A model generated the notes under the pieces. The model ran no database searches and was not told the origin of the DNA. It was given only the letters and a program-made list of their open reading frames with translations. The position numbers were made by a program, and so were the translations under genes. From a virus (Duplodnaviria > Heunggongvirae > Uroviricota > Caudoviricetes), in the IMG/VR virus record IMGVR_UViG_3300029874_000006, positions 10,779 to 74,778 of that record: a DNA stretch of 64,000 bases; one strand, written 5' to 3'. Positions 1-13,800 of the stretch are shown in pieces. The first letter of the stretch is position 1. The number at the start of each line of letters is the position of its first letter.

Positions 1-1
1 A

Positions 2-3000
2 AAAGGCTCATTAGATGAGTTTACTCCAGATATTTATGAAGATGGAGAATATACTGGTGTCTTTGAAGATGAAGAGGTCAGAAAAGCAATAAGAATTTTT
101 GGTTCTTGGGATGCTCAGAAGATACAATCTGATAGAGATACTGATGATTATAAAATATTTAAGAAATGGTTTACTCTAAAGAACTTTGACAACTTTACTA
201 GAATGTTGCTAGGTAAAGCTATTATTATTAAACCTGGAACTGAAAATACATTTAGTAATGAAGATAATTACTCCTTTGCTTCCAAAAATGATGCGGTAAT
301 AACAAGCTGGAGAACTAATGAAGATGTTGTACTAGAATAGGAAATTGGAGCATTAGCACAATCCTTAATTAATTCTACACCATATTATTAGTATAGAAAT
401 GATGCAGAAACAGGCTAGTATATAAAGTTCTCTGATTTCTATTAGATTATAACTAAATTAAAGGAGTCTGTTTATAATCCTGTAACTTCTGATATTACAT
501 TTAGGAGATTAGATAATAGATATTAGAATTTATTTAATTCAGGTTTACTTACTCAGCATGAATTAGATCTTATACAAGGTAAATCTTTAAAAGATTTAAT
601 ATGTAGTATTAGAGAAAATCCCGCATTATATAGTAAACTATTATTTACAGCTATAATTAATGATAAAGATACCCTAGTGAGATTAAATTTCACAGATGAA
701 GATTTAAATAAAATGTACTCTTTATATAAGGGTATATTTGCTCCTAAGGATAAGTCTATTCAGGCTATTTAGGCTAAAGAAGATTATAGAGCTTAGAACT
801 ACTATAACTTAATAACTTAGGTAGTTGATTCTATCAATTCTGTAAAATTCCTATAGTATAATATTGAAGATGGAGTAGTAAAAACAAGACTCTTAAAAGA
901 TTATTCTGCTGAAAACGTAAGAAGATCTATAGAGAATAATATAGCATATACTAATTCTTCTCATATTTTATCTTCTTTATTTAAAGAAAGAGAAGTTAAA
1001 TTATATAATATATAGACATTAGCTGATAAGGCTAACAATTTCTCAGGAATTACATGTACTATTCCTGACATTGGTATAATTGTAGAGGTCAATGAATTGG
1101 GAAATTACATTTCTTACAAAGATGAGTCTGGCAAGCTTTTAAGTTCGGAGGAAATAGAAAGGTTAATCGATAATCCGAAAGTAGAATCTCTATGGCAATT
1201 TATTGATGATAACTTATCTATTGGAGTTTCTTATGATACAGATTTGAGAAAAGCTCTTAAAATGTATTTAGGGAATCGTACTATATAGGATTTATTAAAA
1301 TTAACTTCTACAGTACTTCTTAATAAATATATAGCTAATGTAAAGGGGGAAAGAAGTCATGGTAAAGCTGCATTAAATGACTTATTTGATAATATATATA
1401 AAGGCTATCCTAATAAACCTAAATATAATTCGGAATTAATGGAAATGGGATTATATGGCGATGCTATGACTCCTATTCTTGATAATATAGCTAAAGCTAA
1501 AGCACTCACTTCAGGTATTATGTAGTCTGCTTCAGTTAAAGATGCTGATGGTAAAACCCTATCTCAATAGACTCTTAGTCGTTTATTAGGTAACTTAATT
1601 CCTCAGTATAATTGGATTAAATCTTACAATTGGGTAGGTAATGATAAGGTTAATCCATTCTCTAAGATGTCCCTTATGTAGCCTGGTGTATTTAGAGGTA
1701 TATATACTACAAGAGAGGTTAAATCTCCTTATGGAAATAAACCTCAAACATAGTTTACGGTATCTGAGTTTAGTTAGAGTGCCTTTCTATATGATTTCGT
1801 TGATGGTTTTACTACTAAAAAGGATGTTCGAGGAGATGTAGTTATTGGTAATGGAAAAGTAGGATTACTACCATCTGTAAACTCTGATAAAAATACTATT
1901 AACAGAATGTGTGTAGATTTGATGTAGAAAGTTGATTCTAAGCATCCGGAACTTAATGGTAAACAATTTATAGACCTTGATTCTAAAGAATTACAAACAT
2001 TAACTAGTGAACAACTTGGACACTATTTCAAAGCAGTTAATTAGAATATACAAAAAGATTTTGATAAGTTATTTAATTGGATAAACGGTAAGTATCATTT
2101 AGCTATATATAGTTTAGAAGACATTAATAGTCGTTATAGTAATCCTGCTGATTAGTTATATCAATGGGTAAAAGAGTACAATGACACCCACAATAATGTT
2201 ATATAGTTAATTGATTAGACTCACTATTCTATTGATAAAAAAACTAAGAGACTTAAATCCAATATGCTTTTAAAAGGATTAGAGACTAGATTTTCTGACC
2301 CTAGTAAGCTAGCTAAATTTATGCAGTGGAAGGAGACAGAAGTTTTAAAATCCTTATTAGATGAAAATGTAGAAATTCGTCTTATTGACGGTACCAACTC
2401 TTCTGCTAAGACCTATTTAAAAGACAATTATAAAGATTGGATTCATAATGGTAAAATGGTATTTGCTAAGGTTAACGGTAAGGATATATTAACTAAATAG
2501 GACTTAATTAATTTAGGACTAGATATTAATGATCCACATTCTTGGAATATAGAATTACATCCTATGCTTAGTAAATATAATGCGTTAGACTATTTCTTTA
2601 CTTCTCAATATATGTATGCAGGAGTAGGATGTCATACTAATCATCCTTCTAAGGCAGATTATAATGTCCCTATTATTTATAAGCATCCAAAATTAGGTTT
2701 ATCTACATTCTTATAGAATAATCCTCAAGCTGCAAACTATCTCATGGATTTTGATGACTTCTTTAATGAAAAAAGAGATGCATTTATTGAAGCCCAAACT
2801 CATGTAGAAAAATCTATCCCATTCTCTGATGATGAAGGCTATGTTTACTATGACACTAATCCAGAATGGACAAAAGCTAAAGAAAATTATTTAATATAGA
2901 ATTAGAATAATCCAGAATTTTAGGATTTTGTAAAGAAAGCATGGAATGAAGCTAAACTTATAGCTAAGGAATAGAATAAAATTTTATTAAATTCTAGTTC

Positions 3001-6000
3001 TATTGTATTAAAGATGTTCCCACAGGACTTTAGTAAAGTATTAACCATGTCCTAGGAAGAAGCAGTAGCACGTGGTATGGATCCAGATTGGAAAAATACA
3101 ATTGATACTGCTTTAAATGGTTTAATAGTACCTAAAATAGAATTCAAATCAGGTGAATATTTTGACAAAGCATTTAGCTCTTATTTAACTAAAGAAATGG
3201 ATAAACTTCTTCAAAATGAAACTGAAGATGAAGCATCTCGTTTTGCAGCATAGCATAAGAGAAATGTATCTTATACAGCAGCCATGCATGAGTTTCAATT
3301 AAATCAAATAGATGGTGTGCCTTCTGTCTATAATATGGCAATTATGTCAGATTTGAAGTCTGATGTGTATACAGTATAGGCAGATGTGGATAAAGCTACT
3401 AATTTTGATGGTGCTACCTTTGTAAATCCATTTATAGTTATTTGGGAGAACAACTCCCTTAATGGAGATAAAGCAGGTATAAATAAAAAGCAATTTGTAC
3501 ACTTTTATGATAGAGCCACTGGTACAGGAGGTATTATTAAAACTGCAGGATTTGGTTTAACTAATGACAAAATAAGACAGTTTGACTTCTACCGTAATAT
3601 GATGTATAATATGACCGGTAAGAAATGGAAAAATGCTGATGGTTCTCAATATATTATGCGTGATGGAGGTATTCTTAAAGACTTTGAAGACAACGATATT
3701 GACTATGGTGATTTCTACTATAGAAAAGGGGCTAAATTTTATAAGAGACGTATTTAGTCCTATGATGGAAATAACACTTATTCTATATTAGAGCAAGAAG
3801 TTGATGAAAATGGAGAAGCAAAGGGTAATGAGAATACTATTCAAGTATAGGTAAATTCTAACTATGATGTGTGGCAAATGTTTGGAGGTATGAATTCTGT
3901 AGACTTCTTAGATGGAACTCTTCAAGGTTCTGAAAAGTCTATAGAAATGACTGCACATGCTGCCAATATTTATGGAACTAAAAAAGAGGGTGTTATCAGA
4001 GCGCAGACAGCAGATGACATTATCTAGCCTATGAAGCATTCTGATATACATTATATGCCTACTATAGGTGCTGTTAAACACGGTGCTGCAAACATAAATC
4101 CAGTCTCTTCTTTCTTTAGTAGAAATGGTCTAAGTTTTATGTAGGTAGAAGTGAGATAGGCTGGTATTTAGCTTGATAAGGAACATCAAGCTGATAATGA
4201 AGACTTGTCTCTTATGACTTAGGTTATTTCAGCTGCTTGTTCTATGGGATACACTAAGGGAGAGGCTACTAATCTATATAATGCTTTATATAGTCTATCT
4301 AAATAGGCTACTAAAGCATTTAGAGACGAAATGGGAGACCTATTAAATGGATTCTCTGATAGCTTTAATGCTGCGGTAACAGAAACTATTATGAAGTCTT
4401 TGGTTAATGCTTCAGCTACAGACGGTGATATGCTATAGTTAGTAGCAAAGAATATTATAAAGAAAATAAATGCTGAAAAATAGTTTTCTATCAATAAAAC
4501 TAACTACGCTGACATTGATAAAGAAATTCCTTATAGTGATGCTGCTGTTTCTGCTAAGGTAGTTAGTTCTTTAACCGCTGCATTAACTAAAGCTGGAATT
4601 AAAACTAAAATGCCTGGTCTTTTAGCAGTATTAAATCCAGCTGAAGGTATTATAAAAATGTATAAAGTGCCGGCCAAAGACAAAGATGGCAATATTCTAT
4701 TAAATGAAGATGGTTCTACTGTATATAAATATGTAACTATGGATGCCATAGAAAAAGAGTATGATACAGAGAATGCTTTTGAAATAATGGAATAGTTACA
4801 AGCAGAAACAGAGCCACTTAGTTATAATACTGATGAAACTGGATTAATAACTAGTATGCCTGATGTCAAAATAGGACGTAAATACTTAGTTACTTTCTCA
4901 GATGGGGTCAACAAATCTACTAAGGTTGTAAATGTGACATTACCTCATAGAGTGGAGTCTGATACTAGTACTGTATTTTATAATAATGTTCCATATCAAG
5001 AATAGACTATGGGATATAGAAAGCTTATAGACTATTTAAATGGAGTAGTTAATGAGGAAACTGGAGTTACTAACCAAATTACAGAAGTTAAGGAGTTTTT
5101 AATAGGAGGTCAGGACTTAGATAGTTATGATGTAAAATTTTAGGATTCTTTAGGTAATAGATGGCAAATGTCTGATTTAGATATTGTACAAGATTATTTT
5201 GAAGCAAGAGAATCTAAAGACCCCAGAAGAAAAGTATTAGAAATATTATCTAAGTATGATAAAGACTAGGAATTAAAAGCTGCTATAATTAAGGAATTTA
5301 ATGAGTCTAATAATTCAAATAAAGTTAAGATTGTCAATGATTTAAATGATAATTTTAATGGAATTTTCTTAACTGAAACTCCTATGTATAAAGAGTTCTT
5401 TTAGAAGTATGCATTAAAATTCTTAAATAGAGAAATGCAACGACAGTTGGCCGCTTTAAATCCTGAAAATACAGAGCCTTTAAATGTATTAATTAATAAT
5501 AAAGTAGTTACTGTATAGCCTTCTACTATTGATATAACTAGTTATGGAACAGTAATACCTAAGACAGCTGCTTCCTCTTTTGGTCTTAATTAGTATGACT
5601 AGGTTAGTGATATTGTTAACAATCCTGATTTCTTCTTAGATAGATTAGCTAAGAGACTTAATACTAAAGTTTAGGATTATTATAAGGATGGATAGTTAGT
5701 ATATAATTACCACTTGGAGCTAAAAAGAAATGATGGTAATCATGTTTATATAAGAAGAGGGATTGATAATTCTGACTTCGCCAATGAAATTTAGTGGTTT
5801 AGGTATGTTGATTCTGATGGACATGTATTTAGAGTAAACAGTGATGGAAATATTATGCATCCAATGTATAGTGAGAATGATAAAATATATACTGACTATG
5901 ATGGAAATGAAATAATAGTTACTGAAGCTAAAGATACTTGGAAAGATTCTAAAGGCAATGAAGTAAAGAATCCTGATATAAAGAAAATTCGAGGCATCAC

Positions 6001-9000
6001 CATTGATTAGAAGACTGGAGAAGAAATCCATTTAGATTCTCCATTTACCTTTTACTTAGATAACCTTAATTATAACTTTGTAAATTTAAATGCAAATTGC
6101 TCAGAAGCTGAACTATTAAATTTATTAGATGCAGCCAGAAGTAGCAAATCTAAAAAGGCTAATAATTTTGTAAAGAGACTTGCTAAAATAGGTAATTATG
6201 ATAAATAGGTGGACTATTTAGATAAACTTACTAAGTATGAAGATTTAATAAAAGGAGATACTAAAAATCCAGCATATTTAGCCTTACAAAAGGAATCTAG
6301 ATAGATATGGACTTCTTTTATGAAATATCTTGAAAATGTAGCAGCACGTATCCCTGCTTAGTCTTAGTAGTCTTTCATGGCTCAAAGAGTAGCTATGTTT
6401 GAGAATACAGATACAAATAATGCTTATGTAAGTAAATTCTAGTTCTTCTTACAGGGAAGTGACTTGGATGTTGATGCGGCATCTATACAAACATTTGATA
6501 TAAATAGCAACGGTATTTATGAAACTTATTCTCCGTATGCTAATCTGGATTCACCAGCACTTCTTAAAGTTTCTGAAAAATACTTACCGTTCCCAACTGG
6601 AGATAGGATAAAAGTTGAAGAAATTCATGATCCAACTATAACTACTATGCACTAGTTAATAGCTAAATAGCATTATGATGGTAAAAGATTATTTGGATTA
6701 GCTAATAAACTTAATTAGTAGGATGCTTTATTCTTAATAAACTATACTAGAAATAAGGATGTAATCGTAGAGGTAAATACTAACAGTGAATAGAATATAA
6801 AAGATTTAGCTGATATTCTTGAGTCTATTAATTCAGAGGATTGGTATTCTTACGAAGATGATATATCTAATACTAGAGCCTTAACAACTTTATTATTTCC
6901 AGATAATGAAATGGTATTGGATGTAGATTTATATGATAAAATAGAAAATGGTATAATTGAGGCTATAGATAAACATAATACTTATTTAAAGAATAATTCT
7001 AAAGCTAAGAACGATAGAATATTAAAGAATTTTGCTGTAACTTCACTATTAAATATTATTAAAAATCCAGTTAATCTTAGAGAGGCTTAGTCTTCTGTAG
7101 ATGTTATGACATCAACTGCTAAGAACTTAACTAAGGCTTCTCCTAAAAATGCAGTACAAAAAACCTTTACTCCAGGTAATGTATTTAATAAAATCTAGAG
7201 TATCAATGAGAATATGGTTGGTAAAGATGGTATTGCTATCTGTGCGACAGGTCTTAAATCTTTCTTTGCATTAACTCATATGTATAATACAGTATTAAAT
7301 GATGAAAACACTAGTAATTAGGAAAAAGAAGCTTTAATGTGTAAGGTAACAATTGGAGGTAAAACATATAGAGGACTCGCTAACGTAAATGCTAATTAGG
7401 AGTTAATAGAAAGTTTAGCAGATGCCGAGAATGGTAATTTTACTACTTTACAGAATTACTTATTAGCTCAAGAATGGGAATCTGATGCTGCTAATGAAGC
7501 TTCTGCTTTTCTGTCTCTTTCAACTGATAATGCTAAGGAGTTAGCTTTAGCTAAATTAAATGCAGGTACTCAGACTTTGGGTATGTATTTATATGGGTTA
7601 TCTCTTGGAGTTCCAGTAGACACTTTGTTTAAAATAATGACTTCTCCATTTGCTTTTAGATTAGTAGAATTAGCAAAAGGTGATACATTTAGTGGTAATA
7701 GTGGTTGTGGAACTATAATTGGTGCTCTAGACTACTTACATAAAGACCCACTAGAATAGCTTTCTAGATTTAATACATTTGATTTATCTACATATAACGA
7801 AGGTAAACCAAAAGATTAGAAAATATTAGGTCCAGCTGATTTTGCTTGGTAGTTATTGTAGAATAGTATAGCAGATGATTATAATGAAAAATTACCACTT
7901 CTTAGATAGTTAGCTTATAAAGGTAATGCTATTTAGTTAATTGAAGATTTAAGGTCTAAAGTTAATTAGATTAGTAGTGTTATCTAGACAAAAGATGAAT
8001 TTAATCTCTATTCAACCTTATATAATCAAGCACTAGACTTTATGGAATAGTATATTGCTGATGTCTAGCTAGAATTAGATAGTGGAAGTTACGATACTGT
8101 ATACGGAAAATCCATAATAGCTACAGACTTAGAAACTCTTGCTCTTGGTGCTGATGAATATAAAGAAATAGGTAAAATTCTTAGACTTAATCAAGAAGTA
8201 AATACTAATGCTTTAGATTTACAAAACTAGGTAGCTAATATTGAAGAAGTTATAACTAGAAGACTCAGACAATTAGCTAGAGTTGAAAATAGGGGAAGCT
8301 ACTATAGTCATGGTGCCACAAAAGATGAGTTAAAAAATCCTGATAAATATAAGATTGATTTAGAAAAGTTTTTATATGATGAAGTATACTAGTAGGAAAA
8401 AATAGCGTAGTATGATAGAATTAAACAATCTTATAATGTTTTACGTGTTCTTACTACAGATCCTTAGTATAAAGGTTATATGGAAACCTTATATATGGCT
8501 CATCAAGGTCTGTTAAATAAGTAGTTAAAGTATAGATTTACAGTAGGTAAAATTGCAGATTTTATTTAGAAAAATAAAGTTACTGGTAATTTATAGTAGT
8601 AGGTACTTAAAAATGGTAACAATTATGTTGACTATAAACTAAGACAAAATTGGATGCGAGATAGTAAAATACAGATTACTATTCCAGGCAGTACCGATAA
8701 AATGAAAACTTATGCGTTTATAGGAACCCCAAATAGTTATAGTTAGTTATACTTTGATAAAACTATACAACTGGGCACTGATATGGGAGATGCTAATTTT
8801 AAATTATGGATGGAGCAAACTCTTATTCCTAGACTTAAAGCGGACCCAACATTAAAAGATAATATATTTATATAGCATTTAAGTCCTATAGTTAACTCAA
8901 GAACTAATTTGGGTATGACTGCGGTTTATTATGGATTAAATGGAATAAACATGTTGCCTTAGTCTGACGCTGAAAGAGAAATGTTTGATATACATAAAGA

Positions 9001-9784
9001 CGCTTTTAATAAATTAGCAACCTATGACTTGATTAGGGACGCTAAAGGTCATACTTTTGCCATAAAAGACTTATTTTATCTATATTCTTTAATATGTAAT
9101 AACGGTAAATTTGGTCCTACTTCTCTACATAAAATATTTGAGGATTATCTAGATTCAGGTCTAGCCTAGAGTTATAAACACTTTATAGCAGAAAAAGATA
9201 GAGACTTAGATTTCTACCAGGATTTAGTAAAGACATGTACAGATGAATGGCTTGCACCTATGAGTTCTCCTTATGTTGGAGGTTCTAAAGTACTCAAATA
9301 TAAGGATTAGAACAATGAATAGATTCTACTTTATAAAAAGAAGGAAAAGAAGTCAAAAGGTGGATATGACTATGATGTCGAGTAGGATATGGATGACATC
9401 TTTATGAATGATATGGGATTTGATCCAGAAGGTGGAAAAGACCCTATGGCAGAAATCAACAACTATGTTAAATAGGAATCTAGTGCCCTAGCTAAAAGAG
9501 ACTATAGTTTCTTCTCAAATCCTGAAGTTAAATATAATACATCAGGTTTTCAAGTATTATCAACTAAATCAGAACTAATTAATTAGCATCCTATAACCTA
9601 CGAAGTTAGAGATGGTAAACCTGTATTAGTAAATATAGGGGGTGATGGGGAGATTGCAAAAAAGTTTATGAAATTAATGAAAGATCGTAAGGGAATATTA
9701 CCTACTAAGTAGATTCTTGGAACAGATGGATTTACTGCAGTAATTAATGAAGAATAGATTGAATCAGAATTAAATAGTATAATA
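2..9784 (+). CDS. Giant virion/late protein, 5'-partial (>=3261 aa), translated with in-frame TAG read as sense (probably Gln)
   Basis: Frame 2 is open from nt 2 to TAA at 9782-9784. Every interruption seen on manual codon-by-codon reading is TAG (~85 of them); no TAA/TGA in frame. All frame-2 ORF-track fragments (1097, 2264, 3386, 4610, 6464, 7577, 8981) lie in this frame and end at TAG. Codon usage is coherent throughout. Confidence 0.7.
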
Positions 9785-9884
9785 AATTGTGGATAATTGT
9801 TTAATTAAAGATTTAGAATATCGGACTAAGCTATCTTAGTCTGGTATTCCTGAATCTATATTTTATCCATTTTGCAATGGATTT

Positions 9885-10844
9885 ATGAATAAGTATGGGA
9901 GATTACCTAATCTAGATGAAATTCCAAATGTTGATTCTTCTCAACATATAATTAATAAACTGCATCTAGATGGTAATAGCTCAACATCTATAGATAATAT
10001 CATGTCTTCTACTAATACATCAAGTATTGAAGAAGCTAATGTTAGTTTAAATGATACCTATAAAGATAAAGATATAAATATAATTCCTTTATATAAAGAA
10101 GCTTTAGTTGACATAAAAGATAGACCTTCCGAATATAAAACAATAGAATAGGAAAAACATAAAGTAGATAGAAATCCTAATATGCAGGGAGTATTTAATT
10201 AGTTATTTAATAAGTTAGAGAAATAGTATGGAGTACAATTACATACTATTTCAGATAAAGAACTGGCTAGTGATGAATGGTAGGGAATACCTGAAATTTA
10301 GACAGCTAATGCTTTTATTTATAATGGAGATATATATATAAATACAGACCATGCAAAAGCCGATGCTCCTATACATGAAATGACTCATATGTTATTAGGT
10401 TCTATTAGATTTAAAAATCCTGATCTTTATTATGGAATTGTACAACAAGCCTAGAATTTTCCAACATTTAATTAGTTTATAGAACAAAACCCAAATAGAG
10501 CTATAAATGATAATATGGAAGAATTATTTGTTACAGAAATGTCTAAATATCTAGCAGGGGAATCTAGCATTATTGAATAGTTAGATGAAACCGTTATTAA
10601 TGAGTTACATTATAACATGAAGAGACTATTAGATACTGCACTTATGGGTTAGTATAGTGTAAAAAGTATTCCTGATTCTAAGTTATATAGAATGTCTTTA
10701 GCTGATTTAGTAGAAACTGTAAATTCCCAGATGTTAGAAACAAGTTTTTATGGAAGCCTAGATGACGCTGCTTTGCATAGAGTATTAGCTAATACTAAGT
10801 CAGATTTAATGAAAAAAGGTGATTTAAGAGAAGATTGTGTATGA
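9885..10844 (+). CDS. HExxH (HEMTH) zincin-like putative metallopeptidase, 319 aa, TAG-recoded
   Basis: ATG at 9885 (frame 3), ~10 internal TAGs, ends at TGA 10842-10844. Motif ...DAPIHEMTHMLLG... Stop overlaps the next gene's ATG (ATGA coupling). Confidence 0.55.
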
Positions 10845-13800
10845 AATGTATTTATAGTTATAAAGGAAAACAGTTTTAGTCCATACAATAGTTAGATGAT
10901 TTTCTATTAGAAAAACAAATATATGAAAGTAAATATGGAGATTTAGTATTCTCTATGACTGAAAAATAGTTGTCTGCTTAGAATAGAATTGATAGCATCA
11001 ATAAAGAAGCAGAGGAACTAAATAAAAAATATGCTGAAGCTAAGAAAAACGCGTCATTTATAGACTCAGAAGAAATATTAAAAATGACTCGTCCTTATGT
11101 AGGTGTAAGTGAGTTTTTAATGGATTAGAGAAATGATGAAGGAGAACTTTGGGTGCCTACATTTACTACCGAGTATTGGGCTAAACAATACTTAAATTGG
11201 AGTTAGGGAATTTACTCAAAAGACGAAAAAGATGCATTTTTTGATGGTGATGATTCTAAAGTATAGCCTGTAGAATTAGGAAATCAGGGGGATTGGCGTA
11301 AAGCGGATGGCTCTCTAAAGGATGATTTTGGAACTATTGAATAGAATAACTTCCGTAAAATAATGGAAGATAAGTGGAAACACTAGGCTAAGTATGGTGA
11401 TGATATTCATGCCATTATGCAGAGTTATTTTGCTAGAATAGGCGAAGATTCTGATGGAAATCCTAAGTATCGATATGAATTATGGGAAGGAGATCAAGGA
11501 GCTATGCATTTAGCTAAGAGTATTAAATATATGCGTAATAAAGGAATTATTACTGATGAAATGACTGATGCTAAAATTAATAGTATATTAGAAATAGCTA
11601 GAAATTTAAGAGATTAGTTATAGAGTTAGTATGGCAAAAAATGTATATTTTATCCTGAAATTACTGTTAGTGCCAAATTGAATCATGAATATGAAGGTAG
11701 AGACGATTTAAGTGTATTAGGTCGTCTAGACTTATTAGTTATTGATGAAGATGGTATTCCTCATATTATGGATTACAAAACTTCTCCTAAAAATTACGAT
11801 GACTTTGTCGAAGCTAAGAAACTTACATTTACTTACTAGTTAAGTACCTATGAAAGAATGCTTAGGAGACATGGTTTTAATACTACAGCCACAAGCTTAA
11901 ATATTATACCACTTAAACTAAATAACTTTAGAAAAGAGAATGGTAAATGGACTTACGATGATGTAGTACCTGGTGGTAATTTACTAGAATCAATAACTGA
12001 TAGAGCCAATAAAGATTACATAGCTAATAATCTTGATGAATACATAGAAGCTCCATTATTATTAGATGGGGATTCTAGTAAGATTACAGAGAATGTAACT
12101 GATTTAATGAAAACTTGTTTTCCTGAACATGGTAATGTAGCCACTGATGAATAGATAAAAAAGATGATTGATGGCTAGGGAGGTTTCCATGAAAATAAGG
12201 AAGCGGGTTCTTTGGAGTTTAAGCCCAAGGGATGGACTAAGACTATATCGGTAAAGTAGAAGGAAGGGGCAGAAGCTGAATTATTTAATAAGGTTAAGAA
12301 ATTCTTTACAGGCTAGAGAGAACGTAGTTTAAAGAGAACTTAGGAAATTAAGAGAGCACTTAAACAAGCACAAGCTGAAGACACTAGATAGATTTAGTTA
12401 CCTAATTCTATGAGTGATTGGACTAAAACAAGGCTATCTAAATATTGTAGTAAATCTTGGGAAGTAATGGAAGGTCATGCACAAGATGTTGCTGAGCAAT
12501 TTGGTATGATATTTTTATATAACAAAGCTAATGATTTAGTAGAGGTAGTTAAAATTAGTTCTGCAGATTTATCTTTTTAGCATTCTTGGGGAAAAGGTAG
12601 ATAGAATATTATTGGGGCAAAGGAAGCTGATTTGGGAGAAAATTCCAAGTCAGACAGTTTGATTATTAAAGCTACTAATGGTAACATAGAGCTTATGGAA
12701 GCCATGGCAGTTTTAAATAATATTCAGTTTAATAAGTCTATTTAGTTAGGAAACATAAGTGTTCTTAATCCGGTATTTGGTTAGGGAGCTGAAACTAATT
12801 CTAATAAAGAGCTGCTTTATAACTGGAGAAAACTTAGAAAAACCTTTAACATGGATGGGGAAGATTAGTTTAAATAGGATGGTACTATTAAATTATTGTC
12901 TTTAGCTGAAAGAGCCTATCTGGAGTATGCTGATATAATGGATAGAGTTAATGACAGGTGGCAAGCTCAAGAATTTAGTAAGTTTAAACCTGCTATGACT
13001 GAGTTACAAAGTTCCTTACAACCTAATAATGTAGAAGAAAGTCTTGAAGCTCTTAATTAGCTTAAAACCAAATTGGAGAAAGACTTTGGAATGAATAAGG
13101 ATATTTTAACCAGGGGAGAAAATAAGGGTAAAAGTATATATTCTGAAGTATAGAATTATGACTAGCAATATACTAAGTAGATGTACCAAATAACTCTTAG
13201 AGCCATTGCTGAACTTAGCGGTTTTGATATTAGACAGGAAACAAAAGCACACAGTTCTTTCTTAGTCTTAGAAAATGGTATGTCTGGAAATATGATAGAT
13301 AACCCAGGTAACTTTGGTAATAGACTTCTTAATTAGGTAACTTAGTTAGCTCTTGATGGTTATTAGAATACTCGAGATATGTCAATTAAAAGACTTAATG
13401 CACTATCTGAAAAAGTACGAGAGCTAAAAAGAGGTGAAAACTATGGGGTTATTAGTGAGTATGGATTTGGTAATTAGGCTTCTCTCTATAATGGTATGAC
13501 TTATTATGATACTGATGGTGACTTTAAATTTAAAAATCCTTGGAAAGATAATTCCCTACCTGAACATAAAAAAGAGTTTTTAAAATGGGCATTAACCGAA
13601 ATAGCTAAAAATAAACATCCTGATTGGACTCCCGAAGTTATTAAAGATAAAATAGAAGCAAATGATCCAGATTTCTTTTAGGTTCCTTTAATAAGGGCAG
13701 ATGCCGCATCTAAAATTAATGCAGACGGATGGTTAGGTTGGTTAAAAAGTAAAATGAGACCTTTAATTAGCAAAGATAATGGAGCAACTTTTAAAGAGAG

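Noticed and set aside
1641-1841. Frame-3 + ORF 1641..1841 inside gene A
   Set aside because: Out of frame with the continuous frame-2 protein; Leu/Ser-rich; shadow ORF.
4219-6031. Minus-strand ORFs 4219..4494, 4531..4749, 5720..6031 and 15274..15477
   Set aside because: They lie antisense inside the giant + strand genes and have low-complexity sequence. Shadow ORFs.
11231-11251. KDAFFDGDDS in gene C as the RNAP beta-prime catalytic motif (NADFDGD), which would make gene C the virion RNAP
   Set aside because: Only two of three Asp residues are in register and there is no surrounding double-psi beta-barrel context I can verify. Reported only as a remark.
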